DNA of 64,000 bases, taken from Nitrospirota bacterium (lineage in GTDB: Bacteria > Nitrospirota > Thermodesulfovibrionia > Thermodesulfovibrionales > Dissulfurispiraceae). Position 1 is the first letter of the stretch. Each line of letters opens with the position of its first letter. Shown piece after piece: positions 39,217-49,390 of the stretch. The stretch lies in assembly GCA_963790025.1 (NCBI GenBank), contig CAWBMP010000004.1, positions 1,024,001 through 1,088,000 of the forward strand, in the 5' to 3' direction. A program made the position numbers and the translations under genes. A model generated the notes under the pieces. It searched no databases. It was not told the origin of the DNA and was given only the letters and a program-made list of their open reading frames with translations.

Positions 39217-39738
39217 TCAATTGTTGATAACGATATCCGCATATGCGCATGGGTCAGTCGACCCGCCTTCGGTCTGGACCGAATGAGTGGGCAGATTATT
39301 CAGATTGTAGTTGTATCCTGTCAGATCGCTATGCACACTCTTAAGCAGGTGTGTACCGTATGCTGCGGCCCCCGCACAGGAAAAACTATTACTTGATGGG
39401 GCATTCAGAATGCTGTTTAAGCTGCCATTATTACCGTTATTGAGCAGAAATGCCCATGTCAGGCTCGTATTTATGGCAGAACAGTTGTTGGTTTTCGCCA
39501 TAAAGTACGTTGACCTGCATATCTCCACGAGCGACTGTTCTATATTCACCAGCTTATAATTTTTCATGCGTGCAGCGGTGGCAGCATTCATGCCCGCCTG
39601 ATTGTCATAAAATAGCGACTCGGGTGCCAAGCTGTCGACCACAGCGGAGGTGTCGTAATTGGAAGGGCTTACGAGACCATTGCCCATCAAGGCCAAGACG
39701 GCCAGTAATGAAACAAGAACAATCATCAGTAGCTGCAT
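39217..39738 (-). CDS. Hypothetical pilus-associated protein
   Basis: N-terminal hydrophobic helix, Cys pairs, GAGGAG RBS; follows the pilin gene. Confidence 0.55.
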   Translation of the reverse strand: MQLLMIVLVSLLAVLALMGNGLVSPSNYDTSAVVDSLAPESLFYDNQAGMNAATAARMKNYKLVNIEQSLVEICRSTYFMAKTNNCSAINTSLTWAFLLNNGNNGSLNSILNAPSSNSFSCAGAAAYGTHLLKSVHSDLTGYNYNLNNLPTHSVQTEGGSTDPCAYADIVINN

Positions 39739-39775
39739 CTATTCTCCTCTGTTAGGCGTTTCAGATTAATCGGTT

Positions 39776-40282
39776 TTAACTGCAATTAACTGCCGGCACT
39801 GTCACAGTGAGCCCTGTCTGGCTGACAGACCCAGTCGCAATAGCAGCGTTTGATACCGAATTTAATATTTTGTCGCGCAACATATTCATGGCATCGGTAG
39901 ATGGCGAATTGGGTTCGTTAACTACTATAGTGATAGTGTTGCCATTCCCACTGGGGCATGTATAAGTCCAGTTGCCAACATCAGGCGAATTCGTGCCGAT
40001 ATACGGAACCACTGTCGCTATGCCTGTAATAGCTGCGGCAGTGGCCTGTGCCGGAAACGCGCCGCCCCTCGAATTCTGAGCTTGTTGAAGCCCTGCCCAT
40101 ACGCTGCTAAAAGTGTCGAATGTTGTTCCCGCAAACGCGGCCGGCGCAATTCTGTAATGGTAGGCTGCAAAAGAGCCGCCCACCACGGCCGCCACAAGCC
40201 CCATAGTCAGGGCAAACTCGATAAGGTTATACCCCATTTGATTCCTTAAAACATTTACCAACTTACTTAATTCTGTTTTCAT
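39776..40282 (-). CDS. Type IVb-like major prepilin
   Basis: 17-aa leader ...RNQMG|YNLIE, hydrophobic helix, C-terminal Cys pair; AGGAG RBS. Confidence 0.75.
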   Translation of the reverse strand: MKTELSKLVNVLRNQMGYNLIEFALTMGLVAAVVGGSFAAYHYRIAPAAFAGTTFDTFSSVWAGLQQAQNSRGGAFPAQATAAAITGIATVVPYIGTNSPDVGNWTYTCPSGNGNTITIVVNEPNSPSTDAMNMLRDKILNSVSNAAIATGSVSQTGLTVTVPAVNCS

Positions 40283-40375
40283 CCCTGTTCTCCTTTCAGC
40301 TTTTGCAAGAGTTATTACCCATTCATATGGGATTTCGCTATACTTCATATTACCCGCGGGCCCCCGACCTGCCAC

Positions 40376-41161
40376 TTACCAGATGATATTGATCTGACCA
40401 TTTCCACCATTTCCACCTGGCCATCCGTCGAACCAGCCGCCACCGCCACCGCCTCCGTTGGTACCGTTTAAGGGGGGGAAACCATAACAATAACCATTAC
40501 CTCCGGTACCATAACTTCCGCCACCGCCACCGCCATATGATGGTGAGCCACCTGAAGAGTAGCTGTTTCCGCCACCGGCATATGACCCGCCGCCATTACC
40601 GCCTCCATAAAGAGTACCGATGCCAGAAACGCCTACGGTGTTCCCCACAGTAGCGGTTACTGTACCGTCAGTTGCGGACCCTCCGGCTCCTCCAGAAAAA
40701 TAATATGGCGGCCAGTTGTTCCAAGTGGGACCTGTTCCACCATTTGCGCGCAAAGTTCCGAAGGTTGTACTTCCCGCGTTGTAGCCATGAGAGCCAACGC
40801 TGTATGGAATCGAGTTACCTGAAGTAACATTTAAAAAATAGTATACAATTACGCCGCCACCACCTCCGCCGCCGCCACCGCACCCACCACAGGAATATTC
40901 GTTTGAGGATACTCCGTCACCGCCGGCGCCCCACATGGTGACCATGACCTGGCAAATCCCAGCAGGCACGGTCCAGTTGCCCGATTGACCGGCTGTCAAT
41001 GTTATATTTCCGTGGGAGCCGTTAGTGCAACTGCTGCTGCCGCCAATCCCCATGATGTAAACGTGGCTTGCCCCATAGGATGGATAGAATGACAGCATAA
41101 CTGCCAGCATCGAGACTGCCAAAACTGAAATTCGCCTGAATACACTCCTTTTTACCGGCAT
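40376..41161 (-). CDS. Secreted glycine-rich protein
   Basis: Signal peptide; 'WTVPAGI..V.V.MWGAGG.G...GGGGG...GG.G.I.I.W' Gly-rich domain pattern. Confidence 0.7.
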   Translation of the reverse strand: MPVKRSVFRRISVLAVSMLAVMLSFYPSYGASHVYIMGIGGSSSCTNGSHGNITLTAGQSGNWTVPAGICQVMVTMWGAGGDGVSSNEYSCGGCGGGGGGGGGVIVYYFLNVTSGNSIPYSVGSHGYNAGSTTFGTLRANGGTGPTWNNWPPYYFSGGAGGSATDGTVTATVGNTVGVSGIGTLYGGGNGGGSYAGGGNSYSSGGSPSYGGGGGGSYGTGGNGYCYGFPPLNGTNGGGGGGGWFDGWPGGNGGNGQINIIW

Positions 41162-41205
41162 AATCTGCTATGTGCACTCGTAAAGGCTGTCTTGCCTAAA
41201 CATGC

Positions 41206-42267
41206 TCAATGCCCCGCTCCCCCTTTGACCTGCGTGAGTGCACCGACAATAGTCATAAGGACATACACAACCAGCCCTACCGGCAGGATTGTAAGAACGG
41301 TAAGCAGTTTACTGAACGTGCCTGTAATGCCGCTCACAGTCTTTTCCACGTCCATCATCCTTTTAGCGACGATGGCCGAAATGGTTGTTTCTTCCCCGCT
41401 AGATTTGGACGAGGTTTTCAAAAGAGCAATTTCCACAGGGGTCAGATAATAAGAGAGCACCTTCGTCAACCCCTCTGAATTTTTCTCATGTGATTTCAGG
41501 ACGTATATTCTCTTATACAGCTTTTTGTCCTTCACCTTCTTAAAAAAGTCAATCGCATCCACAGACCCCAGCCCCAGGCCTACAAACGTCTTAATTATCA
41601 GCAAGTAGTTGGCCGATTTGACATACTTGTAAACTCTGTTCCAAACCGGCACTCTGTCAGGGAATCTGGCGAGAATAAAATGCACTAAGGCTATAGGGAT
41701 AAATGCGATAAAAAAGTAGCAACTCTTTATAAGAGCAATATTCGACAGATCCGCCTTTGGCATACTCTTGAAATTGTTATAAAAGGTGTTGACAGCCACA
41801 TAAGAAATAATCGCGACCATCACATACATAACGGTCGGCTCTATCAAGGCGCTATGCATTTTTGATTCAGCCTTATCAATTACTTGCTTCATGTTTACAT
41901 AATCGGACAATATTTCACTTGCTATCACCTGTTTACTTTCCGCACTTTTCAGTATGGCTATGATGTCTGCCGGAAGAATGTTTTTGTATGCAGCACTCGG
42001 CTTCTTCCCCTGAGACAGGAGCTTTATCGCACTCTCAAGATATACGTTGTCTTTCATGTCCTGGACAACATTCCGTAAAACGTCAAGCCTGGACAATCCG
42101 GATGTAATAATAGATATCTCGACACTATAGATCACTTCGATTGCCTCCTTCTTTTTGCCGACGGAGGCAATCTCGCGAAGCCATTCCCTCATTCCCGCAA
42201 TATCTATATTTACAAAACTAAACATATCGCTTAAATCATCGCACAACCCCATCAATTTTATTCTCAT
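41206..42267 (-). CDS. GspF/PilR-like platform protein #2
   Basis: Two cytoplasmic repeats and three TM segments with PilR/GspF topology. Confidence 0.6.
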   Translation of the reverse strand: MRIKLMGLCDDLSDMFSFVNIDIAGMREWLREIASVGKKKEAIEVIYSVEISIITSGLSRLDVLRNVVQDMKDNVYLESAIKLLSQGKKPSAAYKNILPADIIAILKSAESKQVIASEILSDYVNMKQVIDKAESKMHSALIEPTVMYVMVAIISYVAVNTFYNNFKSMPKADLSNIALIKSCYFFIAFIPIALVHFILARFPDRVPVWNRVYKYVKSANYLLIIKTFVGLGLGSVDAIDFFKKVKDKKLYKRIYVLKSHEKNSEGLTKVLSYYLTPVEIALLKTSSKSSGEETTISAIVAKRMMDVEKTVSGITGTFSKLLTVLTILPVGLVVYVLMTIVGALTQVKGGAGH

Positions 42268-42284
42268 TCCTGTTCCCCTTATAT

Positions 42285-43550
42285 TTAATTCGGATACACC
42301 ACTGTCCACCTGCAGAAGTCCGGATACACCGCGTTATCTAAACACAGCGGGCTCACAATAAGGCTCGCATACGGAGGGCGCGGGGTATAACTGTTGGTAA
42401 CCATCAAGGCAAGATAGTTCTGCTGCGGCAAAGGGGGGAGGTTCCCCGAGGCCGTGCACCCGGAGACGTCCCCCGTGCAATTATTTGAAATCGGCAGCAG
42501 TCTGAGCGGATTTCCAAAAGCATCTGCCGCATAAATCAGGTTTGAAGACAAAAGATTGGTTGTCACCAGGAGCCACGCCTTGGCAAAACTGGACACCTGG
42601 CCCGCTGTCGCCCATTGAGACCCTGATGCGATGGAAGTGCACGTGGTGTTATTGTTGCACAATACATTTGCGTTGGCCTGGGAAGACGCCAGCGCCTGCC
42701 ATATCCAAGGCACAAAAAAAATATCGTTGCTGGCGAGTCCGTTTGGAGGTACGTTTAGAAACTCACCTGTCATATTGCCTATGGCGTAATCCCTGAGCGC
42801 CACATCAAGGTTAATCATATTATCACGTGTTTTTTTTACCCTGTCGAAATACAGATCGGTCATGTTGAGGGTGTATGCCCCGTTGTTTATATCGCCGGCG
42901 GCATTGGTCATGTCGTTATGGGCCACAGTCTGCCCGGTGCTGCTGATAGAAGCGTTGTACTGGATATATACGGCAGACGGAAAATCGAGAAAGTTAAGAA
43001 AATCGGCGTTGGTGTTATTCATATGCGGCGTGGTAAACACATTCACGGTGTTTGCCACCGCATTGTTCAGCGGTCCGGTGGATGTCTGATACTGGATGCC
43101 GTTCACGTTCAAACTGCTGCAGTTAAACGTCACTGCCGTAGCCGTCTGCCCGGTGTATTGGCAAAACGACCCCACATTTTGAATAATTACTGTTACAGTA
43201 TTCCCGAAATTCGCAGTGTCTATATTGTATGTCAGCACCTGTGTCGTTGTGTTATACACCGGAAACGGCGACGTATTCTGGCAAATTGGGTGCCTCCACC
43301 CCCAACCGTCGTTAGCGTATGCGGCGGTTATATTGGTGCAGACAGTCGCTGCCGCATCCATTATCAATTTGGCGTTATTCTTTATCGCCACGGCAAGCAT
43401 CGAAATGTTATATGACTGCCGGCTGACCTGGGTTTGCATATTGTATGAACTTATCAGCTTCAACACGCCGCCGAGAACCATCGCCATGATGGCCAGCGAC
43501 AATGACAGCTCTATAAAACTGAACCCCTTATCGTTTGCAAAACGAGACAT
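42285..43550 (-). CDS. Large prepilin-type protein (PilV-like minor pilin/adhesin)
   Basis: MSRFANDKG|FSFIE; Asn/Thr/Cys-rich body. Confidence 0.78.
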   Translation of the reverse strand: MSRFANDKGFSFIELSLSLAIMAMVLGGVLKLISSYNMQTQVSRQSYNISMLAVAIKNNAKLIMDAAATVCTNITAAYANDGWGWRHPICQNTSPFPVYNTTTQVLTYNIDTANFGNTVTVIIQNVGSFCQYTGQTATAVTFNCSSLNVNGIQYQTSTGPLNNAVANTVNVFTTPHMNNTNADFLNFLDFPSAVYIQYNASISSTGQTVAHNDMTNAAGDINNGAYTLNMTDLYFDRVKKTRDNMINLDVALRDYAIGNMTGEFLNVPPNGLASNDIFFVPWIWQALASSQANANVLCNNNTTCTSIASGSQWATAGQVSSFAKAWLLVTTNLLSSNLIYAADAFGNPLRLLPISNNCTGDVSGCTASGNLPPLPQQNYLALMVTNSYTPRPPYASLIVSPLCLDNAVYPDFCRWTVVYPN

Positions 43551-44502
43551 CAATTTTCCCTTTTCCCAGGTTAATATCAAGTGTGTTCAAAGACACGTAG
43601 CAGTCTTTAATAGAATTGTACAGATCAACTGTTCTGGCAGCCTCGCCCTCGTAAGTGAGTTCAACACACCTTTCATTTCTGGTTTTAACATAAAAACCGC
43701 TGTCAAGCATCTCCAAAGAACACTTGTCAAAATTTCTGCTTTCTACAGCCTTTATGTCGCTTCTGCCCAATGCCAAAGTTTCGATTTCTGTCTTCCTCCA
43801 GACGCAAATATTCGTTGACGCAGCACCCATCTGCGGATATAGGTATTCCTTCCCGGCAGTCAGGATATATGAGACAGCCTTTGGGGTCTCGCTTTTTTGT
43901 ATTGTGAGACCGGATATCCGTGCATAGTTATCAGCCCGGACAGAAGATATAACACGGTCCAACTTTGCAACCACAAGCCTGCTGCCGATTACTTTCAACT
44001 TTTCCTTTTCTTTGTCATCGAGGTTGGCGGGAACGGAAGGTACCGCATTCATTATTCTAACAGGCTGCTTTTTAGGCCACACAAGATTGAACAGGCTATA
44101 AGAGAAGATGACAACAAACACAATTACAACAACTACAACTATCCTTTTGTCTATGCTTTTAATAGCATGCACTTTGGAGTCTTCAAATATCTCCAGGTCA
44201 TAGCCCTCAAAGAATTCCTCCAATCCGAACCGGGCCTCGCGCTCGTCTTCAAATGTCTTCCTGTTGATTACTATTTCGTCGCCATTTTTCTCAATAAAAA
44301 GATATTCCGTCACACTCATTGAATAGGATGCCTTGTCCAAATCCCTTGAAAGCAGATCTCTAACATTTTTAAGATAAACCTCTTCCTCTTTGTTGCCGAG
44401 CGCGACATACACCTTTTCATACGTCTGTTCGCCGGTCTCTTCATTGACCTTTTTTATCTTAAGGAGTATGGACTTCTTTTCTTTGTTCTCTAATATTCTC
44501 AT
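43528..44502 (-). CDS. Hypothetical pilus assembly protein (type IVb PilO-like position)
   Basis: Soluble N-terminus, central TM, periplasmic C-terminus. Confidence 0.55.
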   Translation of the reverse strand: MRILENKEKKSILLKIKKVNEETGEQTYEKVYVALGNKEEEVYLKNVRDLLSRDLDKASYSMSVTEYLFIEKNGDEIVINRKTFEDEREARFGLEEFFEGYDLEIFEDSKVHAIKSIDKRIVVVVVIVFVVIFSYSLFNLVWPKKQPVRIMNAVPSVPANLDDKEKEKLKVIGSRLVVAKLDRVISSVRADNYARISGLTIQKSETPKAVSYILTAGKEYLYPQMGAASTNICVWRKTEIETLALGRSDIKAVESRNFDKCSLEMLDSGFYVKTRNERCVELTYEGEAARTVDLYNSIKDCYVSLNTLDINLGKGKIDVSFCKR

Positions 44503-45279
44503 CTACCAGTTCACAAACCTTCTGTTTGTCGTGAAAAAAGTATTGCTTACATTGTTGACAATCTCGCTGCCAATCATATCGCCTTTTTTTAAAGGCCCTT
44601 CGCTTGTAATAGCAATACAGTTGCCATCCCTAATACATGTAATGCCGAATATTCTTATTTCCTTAAGCTGTTCTACTGGCGGAGGTGTCAGCGCTGATAT
44701 TTCCGCCAGCTTTCCCATGCCCGGCATATTTTTCTCCATCCTTTTCTTCATTTCTGCCAAATCGCCAGATGTTTCTATATGCTTCACATAAAACTCCTTA
44801 AACACATCCCGTTCTTCTGATCTTGTCGCTTTAGTTGTACTCCGCTCTTTTTGCGATAGGTCAGATATAGAAGTTTTATTCTCAGGCTTACGGACAGCGC
44901 CTGGAGTGTCGTCAGTTGGGTGAGTTCGCGGCACTCCCCCAGACATTGATACAGCCGCCTCTGCAGCTAATAGCGGTTGAGCGGTCACAATATTTTGCTG
45001 TCTCTGCGCAACTGTTGCACTGGCAACCTGGGTACCTGACGGCAAGGTCAAGGCATTACGGAGAGCTATCTGAATTTCTTTGCCGCCGCTATTTACCATA
45101 GAAGTTATAAAAGCGAAGCCTAAACAGGCACACAGAACGAATAACAACAGAGGCAACAACAAATTTTTCCTGTCTATTTTCTCGCTATCTTCCTGAAGTT
45201 CATCTGCAGCCTCTCCCGCACGGGTCTCACTTATATCGTTATCGGGCTTCTTATTTCTCTTTAACAGATCCCTTAACAT
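44503..45279 (-). CDS. Hypothetical membrane-anchored protein (PilP-like position)
   Basis: TM, disordered linker, small C-terminal beta domain. Confidence 0.55.
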   Translation of the reverse strand: MLRDLLKRNKKPDNDISETRAGEAADELQEDSEKIDRKNLLLPLLLFVLCACLGFAFITSMVNSGGKEIQIALRNALTLPSGTQVASATVAQRQQNIVTAQPLLAAEAAVSMSGGVPRTHPTDDTPGAVRKPENKTSISDLSQKERSTTKATRSEERDVFKEFYVKHIETSGDLAEMKKRMEKNMPGMGKLAEISALTPPPVEQLKEIRIFGITCIRDGNCIAITSEGPLKKGDMIGSEIVNNVSNTFFTTNRRFVNW

Positions 45280-46813
45280 CCTTTTCCCCCTCCTTATCAG
45301 CCTTTGTTGCTGTTACTACAATAGCGAACTCGCTGCCTACCTTGTCTTTTTCCTGAGACCCAAACAAAGCCCCTAAAACTGGCAGCTTCGAAAGAAATGG
45401 TATCCCGCTCACGGTGATGGAGTTTTGGTTCGACTTGAATCCGGTCAGTACAAAGCTGCCCCCCCATTTTAAATCCAAAGGAAGAGCAGTATTCGTTACT
45501 GAAGTCAGCGGAGCAGTCGTAGGGTTTGTTCCACCAGAGGATTGCATGCTCACCAGCTCCGACAATTCTGCATAGACACCGCCGTTCAGCACGTCCAGTC
45601 TTATGTTAGGGAGTATCTTGATTTTAAGCCCTACACTTACATAATTGACTTGTGTGGTTGTCGAGGAAATCCCGCTTGTGATTGCCTGTGATTGAGTAAA
45701 ATACGGTATTTCCTGAACTTCATTGAAAAATATTGGGATACCATTTAGAGCATAGGCTTCCCATGTTTTTACTATTTTACTGTCACCGTAAGTGCCCAAA
45801 ACGCCCAGCAACGTTGTAACGGGATTCCCTTCTTTCGTCGTGTTATATCCGAAATTAAAGGCCCCTGCTGGAGCAAAGCTGCCTGTTATAGCAGCGTGTT
45901 TAATAACGGCGTTCCAGTTTACCCCGGCAGAGTAGTTGTCCGTCAGATCAACTCTGATTACATCAACCTTCAGTCTTACCCCTTCCATCTCCTTATCCTT
46001 TGCGACAATCTGCCGAACCTTGGATATGGCGCTTGGGACGTCATCCACAACGATGTAGCCACTTTTGGATATCTGCACTGATCCTTCCTTGGTCAGAAAC
46101 GACCTGATAAATGCCGTTGCAAAATCATCGAAATTCGCAGACATCGAGATACTGTCACTCCCTGAGGCCCCCGAAGCTCCAGCTGAAGAATTTCCAATTG
46201 GAGAACTTGTCGAGGTTGATTGTGTCCCTGATGTCCCAGGTGAGGAAGGTTGCATAGATGTTGAGGATGATGTATTACTCCCTCCGTTGCCAATAGCATA
46301 TGTGAAGAAAACATCCTTATCGATGATATATATTTCATGTTTACTTATCATCCAGATGTCATCTTTCTTTTCACAGTAAACGTCGGCACCTTTACAAAGC
46401 ACACGGACCGTATCGTCTATTGAATCCCCTGTATAGGCAAAACTTACGTTTATGTCATATAGCCCCTGTAGCTGCTGCGACGACTGCCCCCCAAAAGTGG
46501 GAGGGGGCAAAGGAGCAGGATTGCCCGGTGATGCCGGAGACAACGATGAAGACAGTGCAGACGAAGATATGGAATAACTGAAAGGCTTCATCTTGGCCAA
46601 ACACCTTAGCACTTCCCCAAACCTTGCCCCCTTGACGTTCAACCTTATCGACTCCCGAACCGGCGCCTTAACAACTTCTGCTACAGGGACCTGCTCAATA
46701 ACGTCTTTCTCTAAACTTGCTGAACTCGGCGCCTCGCCGGCCTGTATTGCGGAAACTCCGCAGCAAAAAAGCAACAACGACACCACTAAGACGCTATAAT
46801 CATTTTTATTCAT
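45251..46813 (-). CDS. Secretin #2 (PilN/BfpB-like)
   Basis: Ser-rich linker, 'GVNWN', 'GIPFLSKLPVLGALFG'. Confidence 0.87.
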   Translation of the reverse strand: MNKNDYSVLVVSLLLFCCGVSAIQAGEAPSSASLEKDVIEQVPVAEVVKAPVRESIRLNVKGARFGEVLRCLAKMKPFSYSISSSALSSSLSPASPGNPAPLPPPTFGGQSSQQLQGLYDINVSFAYTGDSIDDTVRVLCKGADVYCEKKDDIWMISKHEIYIIDKDVFFTYAIGNGGSNTSSSTSMQPSSPGTSGTQSTSTSSPIGNSSAGASGASGSDSISMSANFDDFATAFIRSFLTKEGSVQISKSGYIVVDDVPSAISKVRQIVAKDKEMEGVRLKVDVIRVDLTDNYSAGVNWNAVIKHAAITGSFAPAGAFNFGYNTTKEGNPVTTLLGVLGTYGDSKIVKTWEAYALNGIPIFFNEVQEIPYFTQSQAITSGISSTTTQVNYVSVGLKIKILPNIRLDVLNGGVYAELSELVSMQSSGGTNPTTAPLTSVTNTALPLDLKWGGSFVLTGFKSNQNSITVSGIPFLSKLPVLGALFGSQEKDKVGSEFAIVVTATKADKEGEKDVKGSVKEK

Positions 46814-46866
46814 CTTCCCCTAATTCTGTATCCGAAAAAAGAAAATGGATAGATAGATATATCTCT

Positions 46867-46882
46867 ATATTACTTTTTGAAA
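46867..46882 (-). promoter_or_regulatory. Conserved backbone motif copy 5
   Basis: TTTCAAAAAGTAATAT on - strand, identical 16-mer to 21095-21110; 54 nt upstream of secretin #2. Confidence 0.65.
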
Positions 46883-47073
46883 GTCGCAGAGGAGGTGCTC
46901 GTTCCGTTTCGGACATTACCAATGGAGGGGATGCCTTAAGTAGATAATTTGCCATCTGAAACGGAAAACTCCATGGGAAGCGGAGAAAGCCTCGGCCGGA
47001 ACAGTAAACTATTTAGTGACTACCTGCCGGAAAAAACATGGAGATTGTGGAACAGCGGTATGGCATAAGGGGG

Positions 47074-47373
47074 TTACGCAGCAGCATATGGCTTTATTCT
47101 GTTTAGTGTTTTATCCATTTTATCCCTGGCAACAGACAGGTCGTAGTCAATCTGCAAACGCTCCCAAAACCCGTCGCTGAGACCGAAAAAACGGGACAGC
47201 CGGAGACCGGTATCTGTGGTGATAGCGCGCTTGCCGGCTATGATTTCGCCAATACGCCTTTGAGGCACACCTATTTCTTTAGCCAAGCGGTACTGCGTAA
47301 GCCCCAGAGGCTTCAAAAACTCTTCAAGCAGGATTTCGCCTGGTGTAGGGTACGGCACCTGTCTTTTTCTCAT
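47074..47373 (-). CDS. higA: HigA antitoxin (Xre HTH)
   Basis: 'PGEILLEEFL.PLGLTQYRLAKEI...RRIGEII.GKRAIT'. Confidence 0.92.
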   Translation of the reverse strand: MRKRQVPYPTPGEILLEEFLKPLGLTQYRLAKEIGVPQRRIGEIIAGKRAITTDTGLRLSRFFGLSDGFWERLQIDYDLSVARDKMDKTLNRIKPYAAA

Positions 47374-47385
47374 ACTACAGCCTCC

Positions 47386-47664
47386 TCAGTGATAATCAAC
47401 AATCTCGACATCAAAGGCGTCGCCGGCTGCGAACCTGAAGCAGATCCGCCACTGATCGTTAATACGAACGCTCCATTGCCCCTGCCGATTGCCCTTGAGA
47501 GCCTCAAACCTGTTCCCAGGTGGCACTCTCAGATCTTCTATCCTTCCGGCAACATTTAATACCGCAAGTTTCCGCATGGCCGCGGACTGAATGCCGATAA
47601 ACCGCTCAATGCGCTTGCCGTTGAACATCGCTTCAGTATCACGGCACTTGAACGATTTAATCAT
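47386..47664 (-). CDS. higB: HigB/RelE-family toxin
   Basis: 'MIKSF...DLRVPPGNRFEALKG...SVRINDQWRICF...EIVDYH'; TTGACA-N17-TACTAT 5 nt upstream of ATG (leaderless). Confidence 0.93.
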   Translation of the reverse strand: MIKSFKCRDTEAMFNGKRIERFIGIQSAAMRKLAVLNVAGRIEDLRVPPGNRFEALKGNRQGQWSVRINDQWRICFRFAAGDAFDVEIVDYH

Positions 47665-47767
47665 AATTAATAGTACCCTATCACGTTACTATTGTCAATC
47701 GTTATTAAGGCCAGTTATCCTCTCAGGAATTTGACAATTGCCGTATAAGTAATTATATTTGGCCTTC

Positions 47768-49390
47768 TCAATTGGATCTCTTCACCTTCAGGGCAATCAC
47801 TATTTCCGAGTTACTGCGTGTATCGTTGTCTGATTTAAAGAGGTTGCCCAACAGCGGTATTTTCGACAGCAGCGGGACCCCGCTTGTGGAAAACTCCCTT
47901 TGTTGTCGCCTTATCCCTCCTATCACAATCGTCTCGCCGTCCTTCAGCGTCACCGACTGCAACGTCTGCTGCACCGAGGAAACCGGGTTTGTAAATGTGT
48001 TACCCCCTACATTAAATGTCACGTAACTGTCTATTGTCGCCAGTATCGGCGCTATCTGCACATCTATCCTGCCGTCATCCCTTATATGACATCGCACTGC
48101 CAGCATTATGCCGTCCTGCGCACGGGCTATGGAATAATTTGTCTGCGATGTCCCCACCGTCCCCGATACGGTCGTCTGTATGCTCCCTATATAAGGTATG
48201 CTCTTGCCCGAAAATATCGCTACCGGCTGCAGGTTCCTCGCAAATATGTAAGGCTTCGACAATACCTCCACTTTCCCCTGGTCCTGCAACGCCTTCAGCA
48301 CCCCTGATATGTCGCTGGCTGTCCTCGTTACGGTCAATGTCGGCGATATCACATTCGTCACTGCGGTCGCCACCGTCAGCTGATCGCCGCCCGGCTTCGA
48401 TATCCTTGTCCCCCCTATCTTGTTTATGAGCACGTTCCAGTCTATGCCGAACTGTAAGTCCTCATTAGTCGTCACTTCGCTTATCGTGGCCTCTACTACA
48501 AGGAGCCTGTCTGATGATTCTTTAAGTCCGTTGATGTACTGAGAAATAAGCACTATGTTCCTTGGCGAGTCCACTACCATCAGGCTCGCTGCCAGCCAGT
48601 CAACTACATAGTGGCCATCCGCGGAAAGCAGCTTCTTTATGTTTTCCTCAAACATCTTCCTGCCGTCTACCGTATCTCCCGCTTTCTTTAGTGTTACATT
48701 TGCCTTGAGGTTCTGCGAGCCTGTATCTGCACCGCTGCTGCCATACCCTGTTCCTCCTCCTGTGCTGCTGCCGCTGTTGCTGCCGCCTACCATGTCCCCG
48801 CCCATCTCTGCCGTCATGTTCGGAGACGTTATACTTACATCAGGAATCGAAAAGTTCCTCACTATGAGCTTCTGTACGGTTATCGTCTTGTCCTTTATCT
48901 CATATCCATAGTTCACATAACCCGTTATAGCATCAAGTGCCTGTGATAAAGGGATGCCTCTGACATCCACTACCACGGGCAGATTGGGGTCCACCTGTGC
49001 CCCAAAGATTACCGTATATCCTGTCCCACTTCCCATTTCCAGCAAAATGTCCCCTAACCTCCGCCCATAGGAAGTCAGCGAGACAAGTGGTGCAGAGGAT
49101 ACCACCACAGGACGGGTTAAACCATTTTTCGGCAGGGCCGTGGCTCTCGTTCCATCTTCCGGATTCACAGAATCCGGCGGTACGATTGACTGAGGCATTT
49201 CAACATCGTTTCTTGTTTCTGACTTCTGACTTCTGCCCTCTGTCTCCGGCAGGACTGGCTTTGTTTCCAGTGCATGCTTGAGCAGCAACATGTATTCCTC
49301 ATCGGCATTCCTATTGACAGGATTTTCTGCATAAAGGAGTTTTGGGACAACCAGGACGACTACCGCCAGCGCATAGAACATCATTTTCAT
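47768..49390 (-). CDS. Secretin #3 (close paralog of secretin #1)
   Basis: Same motifs as 26145-27695; ATG 49390 overlaps upstream stop (TAATG). Confidence 0.9.
   Translation of the reverse strand: MKMMFYALAVVVLVVPKLLYAENPVNRNADEEYMLLLKHALETKPVLPETEGRSQKSETRNDVEMPQSIVPPDSVNPEDGTRATALPKNGLTRPVVVSSAPLVSLTSYGRRLGDILLEMGSGTGYTVIFGAQVDPNLPVVVDVRGIPLSQALDAITGYVNYGYEIKDKTITVQKLIVRNFSIPDVSITSPNMTAEMGGDMVGGSNSGSSTGGGTGYGSSGADTGSQNLKANVTLKKAGDTVDGRKMFEENIKKLLSADGHYVVDWLAASLMVVDSPRNIVLISQYINGLKESSDRLLVVEATISEVTTNEDLQFGIDWNVLINKIGGTRISKPGGDQLTVATAVTNVISPTLTVTRTASDISGVLKALQDQGKVEVLSKPYIFARNLQPVAIFSGKSIPYIGSIQTTVSGTVGTSQTNYSIARAQDGIMLAVRCHIRDDGRIDVQIAPILATIDSYVTFNVGGNTFTNPVSSVQQTLQSVTLKDGETIVIGGIRRQQREFSTSGVPLLSKIPLLGNLFKSDNDTRSNSEIVIALKVKRSN
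48510..49106. repeat. ~597-bp direct repeat, copy B
   Basis: Matches 26884-27480. Confidence 0.9.

Noticed and set aside
42285..43550. Shufflon at the PilV-like gene
   Set aside because: No tyrosine recombinase, sfx-like repeats or alternative C-terminal cassettes seen
8047..46882. Backbone motif as Xer/dif or integron att site
   Set aside because: Lacks the two-arm XerC/XerD dyad and attC structure; position and strand fit a promoter better
46900..47060. Further IS21-like repeats near higBA (TTCGGACA, CGGAA words)
   Set aside because: No regular spacing or inverted partner
26884..49106. Secretin repeat as a diversity-generating retroelement TR/VR pair
   Set aside because: Mismatches are few and not adenine-specific, both copies are coding, and no reverse transcriptase is present
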